Below are positions 1 through 11,853 of a stretch of 64,000 nt of DNA, in pieces. Each line of letters opens with the position of its first letter. The first letter of the stretch is position 1. The stretch covers positions 6,177,909-6,241,908 of the forward strand of contig CM074804.1 in NCBI GenBank assembly GCA_037447605.1. Direction: 5' to 3'. Source of the stretch: Zygnema circumcarinatum SAG 698-1b (Eukaryota > Plantae > Zygnematophyceae). Both the position numbers and the translations under genes were made by a program. The notes below the pieces were generated by a model. It worked only from the letters and a program-made list of their open reading frames with translations, did not search any database and was not told where the DNA came from.

Positions 1-369
1 TGCTTTGTATGGATGTGTACTTCTGGCGCTTGAGCTGCTTCAGATAATGAAGAGCTATGGAATCAACCTGAGTTTCTAAAGCAGCTTCCACGAGCTCAAG
101 GTCACCAGTCATGATCAATTCCACCATACATTGCTTCGTATTCATGAGTTCTGCATTCTTTTCATGTTGAAGTATCTAGGGATGTACGTTAACAGCCATC
201 AAGCAGGGTTTTCTCCTTGATGCTTAGTTAGTTTGACTGTTCGAGCAGGTATCAGGGCTGCGTGAACAAAGGGATTGTATTTGGAAGTCACAGTAGGAGG
301 CTAGCTCTTTCGCTGGTAAACTTGATCCTGGCTTACAAGCCTGGCTGAGATGGCGGCATTGCTGCGCAG

Positions 370-841
370 GCTATAAACAAGAGTCTCAGCGCTCTGGGAG
401 ATGTTATCTGTGCCATAGCCAACAAGGAATCCCATGTGCCATACCGTAACTCCAAGCTGACATACTTGCTTCAGGTGAGAGCACTCTTCACTCCTTGCCT
501 TTGGTTCACTTCAGTTCATTACGTTATATAAGCACAAACTACCTGGACAGTGATAAGCGCAATGTACGAGCAGTGGTTTATAGGATACACGAAGTTTTCC
601 CATGTCATATTGTTAGCCGATAAGGTCTTGGAGCTTAGAAGCTTGTTACTAAACTTTTTGTTTTATGTACATTCGGCAGCCATGTCTTGGAGGGGACGCC
701 AAGACCTTAATGTTTGTCAACGTTGCACCGACCAAGCAGTCCCTCAACGAGTCGCTGTGCGCCCTCAGGTTCGCTGCCAAAGTGAACGCATGCGAGATTG
801 GTGTTCCGCGGCGCCAGGCGGTGCATCCAATAGAAGCCTGA
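370..841 (+). CDS. KIN14: 3' end of a C-terminal-motor kinesin-14 (ATK1/KatA/Ncd-like); exons 370-474 and 680-841, upstream exons not resolved or outside the window
   Basis: Spliced translation [35 protein letters not shown]|[46 protein letters not shown]...* contains the kinesin motor motifs NKSLSALG and [10 protein letters not shown] and ends the protein. Phase-0 GT-AG intron at 475-679; TGA at 839-841. Confidence 0.9.
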
Positions 842-1861
842 ACAGACTCTGCCCAGACTCTGAGACTCCACGTCTGCCAGAATGGAGGCACGCCTGTGTC
901 TTTGCAGCAATCCTCGTGTTGCCACTTTCTGCTTATTGTACATCATCAGCATCACCTTCAACTTTGTCTGTTGGACGTGGCATCTTGAGTAGTTGGGTTC
1001 TCGGTGAGCAAGACAGTTTCTCAGTAATGCTGTTTTTAAGGAAAGTCAGACGGTGGTGGTAAATGGCGACCAGCTCTGCTGCCTTGCCCGTTACAGTCAT
1101 GTGTGTTTATTTTTTATTTCTTTTGCACTTCAAGAACTGGTGGTTCTCTCCAGACTCTCGTAGATTCAATAGGGCAGACACAATCATGTGGCTCGTTGAA
1201 GGGTTTACTTTTGCAGAAGAAAGCACAAGCGCTGCTGCATTTGCGGTTGCTTTGTTGTTCCAGATATCATTGTATTCCGCTGCTCTGTGAGAGAATAAAA
1301 CAATTGAGAAATACGGTCGGGAAAATTTGGCGTGGAATGTTGTTTACCACCAGGCAAGGACGGTCTATAGCAGAACGGTCCTGCGTCAGAGTGGCATTGC
1401 TCTCCATCACGACACAAACCGGATTCAACCACTTTTATATTTGTTGTCGCGTGTGTCGGGATTCGTGCTTCCATCGCATGACGAGGGAAGACGGAGCCCT
1501 TGTTTCTCCCAGTCGGCTAGTGGGACTGTTCTAAGTTTCCACCATTTATTGCCAAGATTGATCTGCCATTTGCATGAAGGCTTGCAAACGTTGCGTTGCA
1601 TTAGTTCCTTTGCACGGCGCCTAACACTGAGACCATTCCAAGGCCTGCAAATTAGATTGCAGAGAGCGAGCGAAACCAAGGAGGCTGATTACAGAACAAC
1701 GTTCCGTCGTGCGCACGCTGCATCTTGAAGGGCACAGAGAGCGCCGTGGCAAGCAGTCAATCACGTTCTGGAACTCCCCACACACAACAGCTTCTCCCTG
1801 CGTAAAAAGGAAATTGTGCTGCAGGCACGCAGCAACAATTGGGCAACAATTGGACTGGTGG

Positions 1862-4754
1862 TTACGAAAAGGCCCAAGTTAGCATTTGCAGAAGAAACTC
1901 ATTCCAGGTGTCGATTGCTCCGGGCAAGCACCAATGCAAGCAGTCTTGGGGCGGTTTTTTGCCTGCTACGACCACTTGTACTTTCCTACTCCTAAAGGTT
2001 CCCGGGTGTGCGTCTGCTCGAAGACCTGCACTAGGGGCAATGTCCATAAGCATGATTCGCGACCGGTTTATTGCGGTGCTATCAGACGAAGCCTTCCTGT
2101 ACACCTCCAGCTGATGCTGAAGAATTGCCTCACCAAAAGGATTCGGCGTTCGCTCTGTATCCTTAAGAATCGTTTTCCGTTCAGCACAAGAGCCCCCTGT
2201 GTTCCACTCTCCGCCTGCATAGTGATCAGGTGAATATGTGCGAAATATGGTGATGCCTTTGTGTTGTTCGACCACATCCTTGAACACTGTCTCCATGGCA
2301 GTTCGGAAGCCCTCAACATTGGAAATGGGATTTTCAAGTTCACGCTTGGGCTTCCAAAAGAAATAGCCCACGGTTTTCCCACCCACCAGATACGCCGCAG
2401 GCTTCACCCACCAGTGCCCCGAACACAACAAGACCACATCAAAGTCGTTGATTCGCTTCAGCCAACGACTGTCGGTTTTGTCGAGGTGAAGTTTCCGAAA
2501 ATCTTTTGGCATGTCGGGATCATCCGGGTCTTCATCATGGACCAGCCAGGCTGACCACATACGAGATACCATCACTTCATGGCGTGGGAAAGAATACCGG
2601 TGAATTAGCTTGCTCCCCTTGGAAATAGGGACTTCCACCTGAGAAAACAAACGCACTCCCTTTGCCCTGTCAGCTAAGTGAATCGACTCAAGTAGACAAC
2701 ATTGCAAAACCGCTGTTGAAATTCAAACGGAAACGAAAAACTGGAAAGAAAAAATCACAAATTTTCTCTGATTATTCGTTGGTGGATACCAAATGAGGCC
2801 ACATTTATAACAGAAAGGAGATTCTCTTACTTCAAAGGATACTTCACCATCAAATAGAACCCATATGGCTTGAGCAAGAGGCCTGTCATAAATGACTTCC
2901 CAAAGGCCCTGAGCACACCTGGCTAAGCAAACAGAGCAGTGACTCCAGTTGATTTCGCGCCAGTGAGTCTCCAATGAAAACAATGGATTTTCCGCGCATG
3001 ATGCGGAAAAAATCATGGGCATCGAAGAGAGGCAGGCTGCACCCGCTTGGCTGCCACCTCCATCCCTCGTAATCTCTGTCAGGCCGTCCGTTTCCGTGGC
3101 AATCTTGATGCTCTGAAATGTACGAGCACGTAGCATTGTTGTAGAGGGGTACGGCAGGAACTTGGATCCACTTTCCATGAAAAAGATCGCAGTCCTTTGG
3201 CACTGGGCCCTCCAACAGCATCGCACAATTCAGTACTCCATCAGCCGCTGAACGTTCAGTCCCAGCCTGGAGATAAACAGCGATGAAGGCAATCTCTTAT
3301 TGGAGAAATCATTCATTTCCCTCCACAACACAGACTTGAAAAGAGTCGATATCATGAAGGGCTGCACCGTTTTTGTGTGGCAGCAACATGTGAATTTAGG
3401 CACGCTCTTTAATTGACTGGAATTTCAAAGAAGAAAGGAATGCCACTCAGGGGTGACACAGTTTCTATTTGCATACATCTTTGACCAAGGCATGTTTAAA
3501 ACTCAGCTACGAAGCACTTAACAAGGGATGGGAAACGGGGTCTATAGGAATAGTTATGCTGCGTAATGGTGAAGAGCTATGTTAATTAGCATGCCTCCCA
3601 GGCATGCAGCCATGAACAATGCCCTTTTCGGACGGACATGTCACGACCAGAAATATCTAGGCTTCGCATGAAAAGCGGATATTTTCAACGAATGGGGAAG
3701 TGAACAGGGGCTCAGCATTAACCCAGAAGAATCATCTTTCGACTTTCCCGAAAATGCAAGGAAAACCAATTCTTGTAGGCCAAGCGGTTGAGCTGTCAAG
3801 AGTCTAAAAAACACAAGAAAAAAGGTGATTGGAAACAGTCTTGGCGTTGTGGTGTTTTTCGTAAACTGCACTGGACAGAAAGTAACTCTCCTGTCGACTG
3901 CAAAGCTGTATCGAAGTTAAGCTGGGACTTGGTTTGAACGAGATCAACATTTGAATGCTCAGTAGTGAACTGAAATAAGTCCATCACAGTCGTACTCCTG
4001 TGCAAAATTATTCATGTCTTCCCCATAACGGACAGAAGTCAGTGGACATTAGGAAGGCATTCCCTGACAATTCACAAGATTCCCTTGCCTGTCAGTTACA
4101 GAATCATACTCGGGAGCTGCTTCGTCTTCTAGAGGTCAGTAACAACAAAAGCAATGCGGAGTTGAACATGCTAGTCCCAAAGTGCCTTCGGCTTTCTTAA
4201 TTCGGGTTTTCATATTGGGAAAAATAGGATTAGCGATACCAGCCATATGATGTTTCAGTTAATGAACTACTGCTTCTCTGCATATGAGCAGAAGACATGT
4301 CCTCATACTGACACTTTTGGAATGGAAAACGCTATCCAACTGATCATGCAAAATGTCGATCGTTACAATCGACAGTTGCATGGGAAGATGCCAGTTCGAC
4401 GACGTTTGAAACAAGGGCAGGAATAGCAGGGTTTGCATCAATAGCAGTGGAAACAGACTCACCAGCAGCGCCGCGCACTCTGTCATTTCCTAAAGTCTGC
4501 TGAATGTCCTCGCCTTCGGTCGACCCCGTTGCGTTTGGCGGTGGCAACACATCCTCAGTTTGCGGAACATAGCTGCGCGCCTCAGCTGCAGGTGCGCTGC
4601 GGTTCAAACTCGGGTAAAAGAGAAAGCTGACGAGAATGAACACTGTGAGCACGCCCACGATGACAAACGCTCCACGCAGAAGGTCTTTGCGCCGCGGCAT
4701 TGGAAGGGCCATCCGCGGAAACCATCCTGGAAGAGACGCCATGGCGAGTCCCAA
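1862..4754 (-). CDS. TBL: Trichome birefringence-like (TBL/PMR5N + PC-esterase) polysaccharide O-acetyltransferase, type II membrane protein; exons ~4463-4754, 4089-4128, 3997-~38xx (end unresolved), 2919-~3266, 1862-2638
   Basis: N-terminal TM helix (GAFVIVGVLTVFILVSFLF), PMR5N domain (CDLFHGKW...WRWQPSGCSLP), FIGDSLARNQ (GDS motif), GGEWNTGGSC and DCLHWCLPG (DxxH motif). Intron 2639-2918 is GT-AG, phase 0. Confidence 0.93.
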
Positions 4755-4881
4755 GGCCTACGGCCCTCGCTCCTTTCCTCCGCAGTGCTCCCTCCCCTCC
4801 CTCTGCAGCACGCGGGCTCGAGGCGGCCCTGCTTCAGATCCATTCAGGCGGCGGCCGGGGGGCACAGTTTCGCAGTGTGTT

Positions 4882-4929
4882 CCGTACGATTTCGCCGTAC
4901 GGTACGAAAGTGCTGGAGGTACAGTACGG
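4882..4929. promoter_or_regulatory. Cluster of 4 CGTAC/GTACG motifs (SBP/SPL-type sites) upstream of TBL
   Basis: CCGTACG 4882, CCGTACGG 4895, GTACG 4902, GTACGG 4924; about 130-175 bp upstream of the minus-strand ATG. Function is inferred. Confidence 0.5.
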
Positions 4930-5005
4930 GAGCACGCGCTGGCGGATCGATCGCCTCGCAACAAATATGTCGAGAGATGGGAGGGCGACGAGCAAGCAAG
5001 CTCAA

Positions 5006-5060
5006 GGAGGGAGGCAGGGAGGCAGGGGCAGGGAGGCAGGGAGGCAGAGAGCAGGGAGGC
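5006..5060 (+). repeat. (GGAGGCAG)n purine-rich simple repeat
   Basis: ggagggaggcagggaggcaggggcagggaggcagggaggcagagagcagggaggc read directly; the same unit recurs at 40898-40942. Confidence 0.85.
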
Positions 5061-5462
5061 AATAATCTCGCAGAAATTGAAGGAGATCTCGGAATGCGGC
5101 TGGCAGCAGAGCTATTTGCTTGCTGCTTCCCTCCCGGGCTTGGCGCTCGAATCCTCTGCTGCTGATCAGTCGCTCGGGCTGCCTCCGACTCCGAAGATTG
5201 TATGGATCTTATCCGAGTTTGTTACGGATCCTGTGATCTGAGATTAGCTTTGCTGCTAACCTACTCTGAAGAATGCCTAGCGACTGTGTGATTTAATTGG
5301 CTTTGGTGAAGGAGGAGATAAGAATCTAAGTTAGACCTTGAGGAAAGCGCAACTTAAGGGACCTTGTACCCGGATCTGACTTCCGGCGTCCAGTGGCTGC
5401 TGCGCTCTACCGTACCTTCAACATTAACAGACCGATGATTCAGATTTCTTTGATTCTCTCTC

Positions 5463-5548
5463 TGACAGTTTTTCAGACCATCGGATCAAACATTCGAATG
5501 GTTACGAACCATTGATTCGCGACCCAGCCAACCATTGGCAATGGTTCG
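5463..5548 (+). mobile_element. Truncated left-end fragment of the same MITE family as 27599-28102
   Basis: cagaccatcggatcaaacattcgaatggttacgaaccattgattcgcgacccagccaaccattggcaatggttcga aligns at roughly 80% by eye to 27607-27683. Confidence 0.7.
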
Positions 5549-6136
5549 AGAGAAGCACAAGCATTGCATTACACAAATCAGCGGTGGCCTTGCAGCCTTC
5601 ATCGCTGAGCTTTTACAACAGCGGACATCACCTAGACTGCTTCGATAACTCCTGCCCCTTGCCTGTTGCTAAGAACATCTGGAAATTCTGCAGACAGCAG
5701 TCAATTCTATTTTTTTAAATAGGTCAGAAGAACGAGTTCAGCTCTTCTAAGCTGTGATCGCGAGGGACAGATAATATCTAGCAGCCAAACACTGACAACT
5801 CTGGTACTGAATGAGAGCCAAATTGCAGAGCTTGCGCCGACATGCCCTGCCAGCTCAATTTGATACGCGCTTACTGCCTGAGAAGGGTATCTTTTTGCCA
5901 ATGTAAAGTTGATGGCTGCAAGGAGACCAACAATATCCTCACGAAGTCGAACATCCAGTCCCGCCTCTACTTGAACAGACGTGGTCACGTCCTGATTCTC
6001 TGTCTGCAGGCCGTGGCAGCCCCTCCTCTTCAACTTGCCTAAAATTGTTTCCTTAAATAGTCATCCACGAACATGCTCCCCAAAGGGAGCAACGGCGGCC
6101 CCTTAAGAACGACCGCACTAACTTCTTTACACCCGT

Positions 6137-9100
6137 TCACGTATCAGTCGGTTCCTTCGATTCAAAATAAGTTAAGAGGCCCAGTGCTGCTATTTGAAGC
6201 ATACGGTGGCGAGCCGATTTTGAATTTTTTTTGAATCTTGACCAGAAATGCCGGACTTGCCGTCCGGTAGGCCCCGTAAATTCCATGAAAGGTACGAGTA
6301 CTAAGTTGTCTCGATATCGATGGCAAATCCTGTTCAAGCGATGCTGCTCCCATGGATGCTCCAAAAAGTAATCGCTCGAAGGATCATTGAACCAGTCCTC
6401 CAAGAACTGTCAAGAGAACAGTACGCGCGCTAAGGCATGTCAGACTCACCAGCTCCTTCCCCACTTCAACGGCGAATAGGGGCTTCTAGAGCTGACCACG
6501 CATGGTAAGAACTCACCCATGGCTTACCAATACACGCATGGGAAAAAAAAATCATAAAAAATATATTAAATTTATTATTATCTTCTAGTTAATTTGTTTT
6601 CTACTTCATCATAAAATCTCTCAATTGTATGTAACAAAGAAATGATTCATAATCTCCGCTTACAGGAACAAGTGTAGGCAGGAAAGGCTCATAATGCAAT
6701 GCATCCTTTCATGGCCACACCTCAAGGCCCCACAATGGATTGCCCATCACTGAGAACTCTCGCAATGACCTCAGCCAAGTTTGGTTTGATCATTGCTGCC
6801 ACGAATGCAGCCAATACCCCCATTCCACATAACATACTTTACTTCAGAGAAACAGCAACAGAGAGTACGCACAGGAGAGCTGACCTGATGAGTCAACGTA
6901 GAGTTCCGCAACATGAATATCCCGGAGTTGATGAAGTCAATGCAGCTTTCTGGTGGCTGCGGGAAAAAAAAACTCTGGTTACGGGGATAACGACCCCCGC
7001 AAAAGCCTCCCTTGTTGTCTCCATTTCGCGGGAATAGGCCAATCAGGCGTGTGGCTGACTCGGGCGGGTCCAGGATTCGCAAGGGATCCTCGGGAAACCA
7101 TGTCTGGTTTCGCATATCTACACCTTGATTTTCTAATAATGAAAAGTAACCCTGAAACAGTTCAAGCGACAGCATTAAAAAAATGTCACTATAGGGGATA
7201 CCTTTACTTTAGAGGACAGCACGATGCCAGCCCAACGGAGCACTGGGACTCCGCTATCGGCACTTGACGACAGGTTTGAACCAAAACCCTTACAAGGTAC
7301 TTTCCCTACATGAGCACCCTTAAAACTGTTTAGTCGATTTGAACATCCATTGGAAGCAGTGTGAAATTGATTGAATTTGGCTTCTTTTCCTGGTGCCAAA
7401 GGAAGGTGGATCTGGAAAAGGGGTGTGTCCGACAAATACGAGTCCACTAGATGCTTAGGTTGAGAGATCACCCCCAATCAAAGAACCAATGCCATCTCTT
7501 CAGTCGCCAAAGATAGGTTTAGCATGCTTGTGTTTTCTTACTTTGACTTCCAAATGAAGCCCGGCCCTGGAAATGGCTAAATGATGTAACGAATATTCAT
7601 TTTTAAATTCACTGCGCTAGTGAGAATGTTCAAGACACAACCTACGTGCCTCACCTGTGTAGTAAGCTTGGCGAGCCATTGGTCAATGGATAGAGCGTGA
7701 TTTTCCATGCGGAAATAAGCATCAGAATCGAGGAATATCACCCACTGACAACAGCATTGCAGTTGTTGTTTAGCAAACTTCACCTGTAACAAACATGAGC
7801 ACTATCAGTCATGCATCTGAATGGACCCAGCTAAAAGCACACCAGGAAAATAGCAAGACGTGCACACACGCGGTTGCCTGATGGACGATCAAGTCAATCG
7901 GAAAAGACGAGTGGATACTTGGCTCAACAAGATTTTGCAGTTTGCAAGGAACCGCATGTGCAGACTATAAGCACGAAGATCCCAAAACTTTCCACACACA
8001 TGCAAAAGTTCAATTCAGAAATGGAGTGAGAAAGTAGAATACTACCCTCAAGTAAGCACCTTGTACCAAGCCTGCGCTCTGGGCTTTAATGTATCATGGA
8101 AATCCTTTCCATTGGTAGCAATAAATCGGTATCCATGTACTATGGCATAATGCCTGCATGCACACATCCACACTACATAAGTACTTCCATTTGAACAAGA
8201 AAAGCTGGATTTCACACAGTCGTTGAGTCTGTCCCCTGAATCAAGTAGAAGTAGAATCCCCTGAATATGTTCCGGGAAATAATCTTCGTTCCGGGGTGAA
8301 TCTTCCAATGGTGACGAAAGAGCACAAAGAGCCACAACGAGGTTTCTCAGTAATTCCAGACACAATTCACCTGTTTATGAACTTGGAGATAATCCAATAA
8401 GGTGGCATGTCTCCAAGGTCTTCAAAGGATGTTCCCATCGCCTCTTTAGAAGAGTTCAATGCCACTGAACGGCTATCCATATACAAAATGCAGCCCTTCC
8501 GATTATTTTGGGTCTCGTCCTCTACGTTTCTTGTCAATGGATGACAGCCTTCCTGGACAAAACGAGAGCTAGAGAAAGTTACAAGCCATTAAAATGCGAT
8601 GGTTTTCTCTCCCTCTCCACCTCCCGCTCCCTTTCTCTCTCCCTCTCTTTTTTTCCACTCGCGCTCCCTCTCCCTCTTGCACTTTCGATGTTTTACGCTT
8701 CTCTCTCACTCTCCCTCTCTCCCACGCAGAGTCGCTGTCTTGTCCTCTCCCTCGCCCTATCTGAGACAGACTTCAAACTCGTGAATACCTACCACCACCT
8801 AACCCAAACCTGTCCTGTTTCAAGTAATAACTGGACAGTTAGACATGGATGTCTGACCTTCGACTAGAAAAAGTTCCCACCCAAATAATAACTCGCACAT
8901 ATCAGTAGAATGAAACAGTGCCTTTAAATACGGCGTCAGAGTTGGGTAGGTGTTGCACACATCAACTTCATTTCACACCACAAGCGATAAACATACAATC
9001 TCTGCTTTAAGTGAGTCAAGAAGGCTGCGAATGATACTATCATAACTGCATTGGCAGCAGATATAAAATCAATCTCTTCATTCTGTCGTGTTGCAACTCG

Positions 9101-9541
9101 AGGGATAAAGGAGTAGCAACCACCATACAACCAAATGCATAATTATAATAGAAAACCGTACAAAATCAGTGCGAAATGTTATCAGCTTTCCAAGTCTCAC
9201 CCAGAGCGCACGTGCTCCACATGCCAACATTTGTAAACCCTTGTCCTCAGCTATGGAATGTCGTCATACTGCGATGTCTTTCAAAATAATTGCATGACAT
9301 GATCCAGCTAGTCTAGCAAACTAGCACTAGCACTAGCATTTCACTATTATTTGCTAATCACAGAAGGGCGACAAGAGAGGCGAAGGCGTACCGGGGGAGC
9401 GGGCGCGGTGAAGGACCCAGAAATCGGAGGGAAAAGCAACCACGTGGCTGCCGCAACAGCTGCCATCAGCGCCAGGCTGGCGGTCTTCCACCGCTCCGCA
9501 GCGGGAGGAGGCGGCTCCGCCATGGCTGCCGCTGCCGTCAT
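6137..9541 (-). CDS. GT34 / GMA12-MNN10-like glycosyltransferase, type II membrane protein; exons 9392-9541, 8371-8552, 8060-8153, ~7654-7782, ~6880-7000, ~6137-6400 (a short middle exon is unresolved)
   Basis: N-terminal TM (SLALMAAVAAATWLLF). Phase-consistent splicing gives CILYMDSR...PYWIISKFINR|HYAIVHGY...AWYK|...QWVIFLDSDAY (DxD)...FINSGIFMLRNS...DWF...HPWEQ...VRHFW, the motif order of the PF05637 family. An alternative last exon near 5930-6040 is possible. Confidence 0.78.
8605..8760 (+). repeat. CT-rich low-complexity tract in intron 1 of the GT34-like gene
   Basis: Runs of ctct/ccct read directly. Confidence 0.75.
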
Positions 9542-9544
9542 GGC

Positions 9545-9698
9545 CTCCTCCCTTCCTCCCTCCCTCCCTCCCTCCTCCCTCCCTCCCTCCCTNNNNNNNN
9601 NNTCCCTCCCTCCCTCCCTCCCTCCCTCCCTCCCTCCCTCCTCCCTCCTCCCTCCCTCCCTCCTCCCTCCTCCCTCCCTCCTCCCTCCTCCCTCCCTC
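9545..9698 (+). repeat. (CCTC)n microsatellite, (GGGA)n on the sense strand, abutting the GT34-like ATG; contains an assembly gap (N x10, 9593-9602)
   Basis: Direct reading; true length is unknown because of the N run. Confidence 0.95.
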
Positions 9699-9753
9699 CA
9701 GACGACCCCTTTCTCCGCGACGCCAGCGCGGGATTGAACTCGGCTAGTCGGCA

Positions 9754-9821
9754 CCGTACACGCCCTACCGTACACCGCTAGACGCCCTACGGTACGGTAA
9801 TTGTACGGTAATTGCCGTACG
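9754..9821. promoter_or_regulatory. Cluster of 5 CGTAC/GTACG motifs upstream of the GT34-like gene
   Basis: CCGTACA 9754 and 9768, GTACGG 9792 and 9803, CCGTACG 9815. Confidence 0.5.
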
Positions 9822-11453
9822 AGGGTCGGGGTGTTGCACTTTGTGCGACGGACTCAAGAAGGGTCCGATCAACAATGATTCTGGATGAAAGGAGCGGTTA
9901 GGCTCGCGCAGCCACGTGGATGCTGGGTTGAAGTCCTGCGCAGCGGAAGCGAGTGGGGGCTTGGGGATCTGCGCTTCCACGAGGTCCACTCGATCGCCGT
10001 CCTCTACCTCACGCTGCAACCTTCTGAACTGCGCCTCCATGTTTCTCCGTGTTCAGTTCTGCTCGTCTCCCTCTCCCCTCGCCAGCATCCACCTCCTCGT
10101 TCCTCTTCAGGACGGTCCCACTCCACCTCCATCAGAACTGCATGAGCACATTCTCACCATGAGGATCACCACATTGCGCCTCCTATCTCAAACCAACACC
10201 ATATCACTTTAACTCAGAATTCCCAAATCCAACACTCCCGAATGTACTATGATCAAGGGGCTAATGTCACGCAGACCGCATGAACGCCTTGCCATTCACT
10301 GCATCCTACGCTAAAGATATCAGCATCTCCTCCATTCCTTCATAAACACTCCTCTTTGGATGCAGCTCACGGCCTTCCCTTCACTCCACCACACGCGGCC
10401 TCCCGCCGCACGGTCCGCTCCTTCTCCAACAACGACTCACGCCACTCCAATCTGCAGACCGCAGTCTCTGAAGGCCGCAGCCTCAAGCACTCACAAGCAG
10501 CTTACAATCGCAGCTCCCTCAATCTTAAGTTCCTCCTCAACAAGTCTCGCACCACACCTTACATCTTTCATTGTCGCATGAGCATCGTCAGAACCGTTCA
10601 CTTGCGCCAACGAGCCGCCATGGTCCGTGCGCGCGTGAAGGCGGCGCGCTCCCTCTCGCTTTCCTTTCTTGCCCCTCTGCGCCGTCCTCTCCAACGGCGC
10701 CTCGCCTTGCGAACGCCGCATCTCCGCCGTCCGCCGCCGCCCGCGCGCCACCAGGCGCCATCGACCTCCGCCGCGGGCGGGCACGCCCCCAAAATTGAGC
10801 GGCGGCCGACCGCGGCACTCGCCCGCCGACACGCGCATCCCCACCGACAGGGGAGAGAAGGGAAGGGACATTGGTCTCACGATGGCGATGATGCCATCAA
10901 ATGTACATGCACGAAATCAGCATGGGGAAGCACGAGGAACTAACTGGGCGACGAAGGGCCTACGGACCAAGGAGAATGGCTCGGAGCGGAAAGCTCCGCC
11001 TCGGCGCAACAACGCTTGAAGCCCTCCCTCGAAGCAGCCGCGGGGGAGGGGAGGCCCTACAATGGAAGCGTTGGAGCCAAGCAGGCATCCTCGAATAAGG
11101 TAATTACCGTAAATATCGTTAATAGCTGATTTATTGGACAAACTGATATTTTTTTTGGCATTTAACCTTAAATACCTTAAAAAGGCCCTTATATGGATAA
11201 AAAAACTTAAAATGAATAGGCATTGCACTCATAATGGCGATGCCATCGTATGCACATAACTCTATTTCCTGGCTTAACAACACGGCTCTACAAACTGGTG
11301 CAAACTCTTCAGCTCTTAAAAATTGGACTTTTTACCAATCAAGCAAAACACTTGTGCATTTGGCAATGACAACATATAATTACAGTTTCAAAGACCCAGT
11401 TGTATCAAGGCCTTGTATATCACATTCAAAAGCCTTCATCTCTATTTCCACCC

Positions 11454-11837
11454 TGTTGAAGACATGACTGTCTTCTTATCTTCTATCTCCAACTCAGATC
11501 TACCAACCTTCATTCAATCAATGGAATTTGCATCCTATGCATACATCATATAAAATGGCATCCTATGCCTTGAATTCAGCAAAGCCGGCGGCAAAACAGA
11601 ATTACAAAAGTCGGGTCCCAAAGCCAACTTAAGGAACAATCAAGACGATGGGTTAAGGGCAATCAATCCTAGCCGTCCGATCTACAAATCTCAAGATCAA
11701 CGGTATTTGTTCTATCCTACCAAAACTGGGCCGATGTAACAGGCCGTACAAAATCGTCCGTACTTTCTATCCGTACATAAAATCGTACAACTGAAACTGT
11801 GACTAAATGACAGTCGAAAAGTGACATTTCCTTCACA
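11454..11837 (-). repeat. 3' LTR of the copia element
   Basis: TGTTGAAG...CTTCACA on the plus strand; identical to 16207-16590 except C at 11784 versus T at 16537. Confidence 0.98.
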
Positions 11838-11847
11838 TTCCCCCTCT
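11838..11847 (-). other. Polypurine tract (AGAGGGGGAA) of the copia element
   Basis: Plus-strand ttccccctct immediately inside the 3' LTR. Confidence 0.9.
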
Positions 11848-11853
11848 GAAATG

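Noticed and set aside
4344-4462. Stop at 4344 suggesting a TBL pseudogene
   Set aside because: The stop is intronic; a strong GTGAGT donor at 4462 ends exon 1 earlier.
5220-5423. LTR-like segment TGTTACGG...CTTCAACA
   Set aside because: The flanks do not form a TSD and there is no partner LTR.
5707-6033. 108-aa minus-strand ORF after the GT34-like gene
   Set aside because: It has no recognisable motif and is more likely 3'UTR or an alternative last exon in another frame.
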